A stretch of DNA of 64,000 bases from Candidatus Poribacteria bacterium. Its GTDB lineage: Bacteria; Poribacteria; WGA-4E; WGA-3G. The position numbers and the translations under genes were made by a program. How positions within the stretch are numbered: the first letter of the stretch is position 1; every line of letters starts with the position of its first letter. A model generated the notes under the pieces. It made no database searches. It saw nothing but the letters and a program-made list of their open reading frames with translations, and had not been told where the DNA came from. The stretch covers positions 27,233-91,232 of the forward strand of contig CBDBFU010000010.1 of the NCBI GenBank assembly GCA_965205025.1, written 5' to 3'. Below are positions 62,207 to 64,000 of the stretch, piece after piece.

Positions 62207-63138
62207 TGATAAATCAATCCTTGATCAATTCAATTCCCACTCACGTTTTCAACTATCGCATTATGCATTCGCCCCAATTTACATTTGGCAAGAATTCTAT
62301 AACCTATACTACGCAATTATTAAGTCCTCAAACAATCCTAAAATAGATATAAACACAGAAGAAAAAGAATATCTATGTATTTACGCCAAACAGGGAAACG
62401 ACTATTACATGCCAATCTTACCGATTCCTTGTGAAATTGAAGAAATCCATTATCAAAACATACTTCTTGACTCATACCAATTTATGCTGGAATCAAATCG
62501 AAATCCACAATTCGCACGGGTTGAAAATGTTCCTGAAGAACTTCTACCAATGTTCAAGGATTACAGTTTTGAGGTATTCTTAAAGGAAACTGAGTATCTT
62601 TACGCTGCAAAGAGTATAGGTGAATTGAGAGGTGATAATTTTAAACCGCAAAGGAATGCTTATAATACATTCATAAGACACAACCCATCGGTAATTTATG
62701 AACCGTATGATGACATTTACTTAGATGAATGTCTTAACCTCTATGAAACTTGGCAAAAAGACCGTTCAGAAAAATATGATGATCCAATATACCAAGCCAT
62801 GTTAGATGACTCAAGATCCGCACACACCCATAGGAATATCTAACTTTCAGGAATTAGGTCTTATCGGAAAAGTAGTACGTATCAACGATGAAGTACAAGC
62901 CTATACTTTTGGTTATGAGTTGAATCGTGATACATTCTGTATTCTGTTCGAAATATCGAAGCTATCAATCAAAGGTCTGGCTCAATATATCTATCGTGAA
63001 TTCTGCAAAGAATTATTGCATACCTACAAGTGGATTAATGCAATGGATGATTCCGGTTTAGAGAATATCAAACGGGTAAAACTGTCATTTCATCCCACGA
63101 AGTTAATTCCATCCTATAACATTACGAAACTAAAATGA
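62181..63138 (+). pseudogene. DUF2156 (MprF C-terminal-like aminoacyltransferase) gene with single frameshift
   Basis: EYLY..LRG..KPQRN..F in first part; FE..KGL.QY..INAMDDSG..KRVKLSFHP in second; deleting one C in gcacacacccata gives AHTIGIS. Confidence 0.75.
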
Positions 63139-63848
63139 AATCGGCACTAATTTTCCTCAACGGATTCTACGATCATAGTAATCTCGCCTTTTATCGAAAA
63201 GAGATCGAGAAAGGCATTGAAAACGATGGATACCTGATATGTGCAGATGGTGGATTACAGATATTTGATAAATTGAATGAGGTAGACGGGATCAAACTAA
63301 AACCTGATATATTGATAGGGGATCTGGATTCTGTCAACGATACAAAAACACAAGCCAGAAAGGTCGTTGAAGAGTGGGTGGGACAGACCGATAAAGATTA
63401 CACTGATGGTCAGTTGGCAGTAAAATATGTGTTAGAAGAATATGGTTATAGCCGTATTATCATTTATGGTGGATTACCTAAACCGAGTGAATATGAGACA
63501 GATCATTTTCTCGGTAATCTGAAACTCATGCCATTCGGATATTACAATGTCGGTTATACCGAAGAATATAAAGCAGAGATGCGCGATCCACAACAAACTA
63601 TCTACTATCTAACATCTCAATTGCGAATAAAACGACAGAATGACAATTTGCAACGCGTTTCTATCATAGCAGATGAACCGGATGCAATCGTTGAAAGCTC
63701 AACCAATCTAAGATGGTCTCTATCATCATTCCAAATTCACCCACATAATACAAACGCACTTCGCAACGAATTTCTTAATGATGCCGATTGGGTAGAAATT
63801 CAACTATCAGAAAACTCCTCACCTGTCTATGTAATCCACAATTGGTAG
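63135..63848 (+). CDS. Thiamine pyrophosphokinase (ThiN-like)
   Basis: CADGG, IGDLDS, DKDYTDG, DHFLGN, RNEF. Confidence 0.8.
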   Translation: MKSALIFLNGFYDHSNLAFYRKEIEKGIENDGYLICADGGLQIFDKLNEVDGIKLKPDILIGDLDSVNDTKTQARKVVEEWVGQTDKDYTDGQLAVKYVLEEYGYSRIIIYGGLPKPSEYETDHFLGNLKLMPFGYYNVGYTEEYKAEMRDPQQTIYYLTSQLRIKRQNDNLQRVSIIADEPDAIVESSTNLRWSLSSFQIHPHNTNALRNEFLNDADWVEIQLSENSSPVYVIHNW

Positions 63849-63886
63849 ACATCTATACGGTATTCCACCATACGATGTGATTATTA

Positions 63887-64000
63887 TACCAATTCTATTT
63901 AAATAGTTCACATTACGAATACTCTTAGAAGTCCCCCTGACAAGGGGGACTTAGGGGGTTTCTTCAATTAATAATGGGCAATCATTATTTAGAAATGGTA
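63887..64000. mobile_element. MITE, TACCA.TTCTA..AGAAATGGTA family with gtccccctgacaagggggac hairpin
   Basis: TTA then taccaattcta; ends agaaatggta at window edge. Confidence 0.7.

Overview
Bacterial chromosomal window, most likely Candidatus Poribacteria (inferred from the recurrent C-terminal K(L/M)xTxWG/AxxK motif, LamG, LRR, TPR, lamin-tail and cohesin/dockerin proteins, Uma2 and Rpn-type nucleases and PhyH). Metabolic and transport genes (LarA-like, HAD pair, queC, MFS, NuoEF fusion, ABC, TPP enzyme, PhyH, tRNA-Asn, Dpp-type permeases, aroQ, DegT aminotransferase, thiamine pyrophosphokinase) alternate with accessory segments. These hold two IS630 copies (one splits a NERD-nuclease/SF1-helicase gene), several decayed toxin genes, a ~16 kb cell-surface cluster (cohesin-dockerin, LRR, lamin-tail, metzincin) and a coupled ABC-ATPase + PIN-like gene pair. 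The most striking non-coding signal is a dense, nested set of miniature inverted-repeat elements from at least six terminal-repeat families. They carry a shared pool of REP-like hairpins, and a 35-37 bp micro-element sits inside those hairpins three times. All family assignments are by eye from motifs; no database searches were run.
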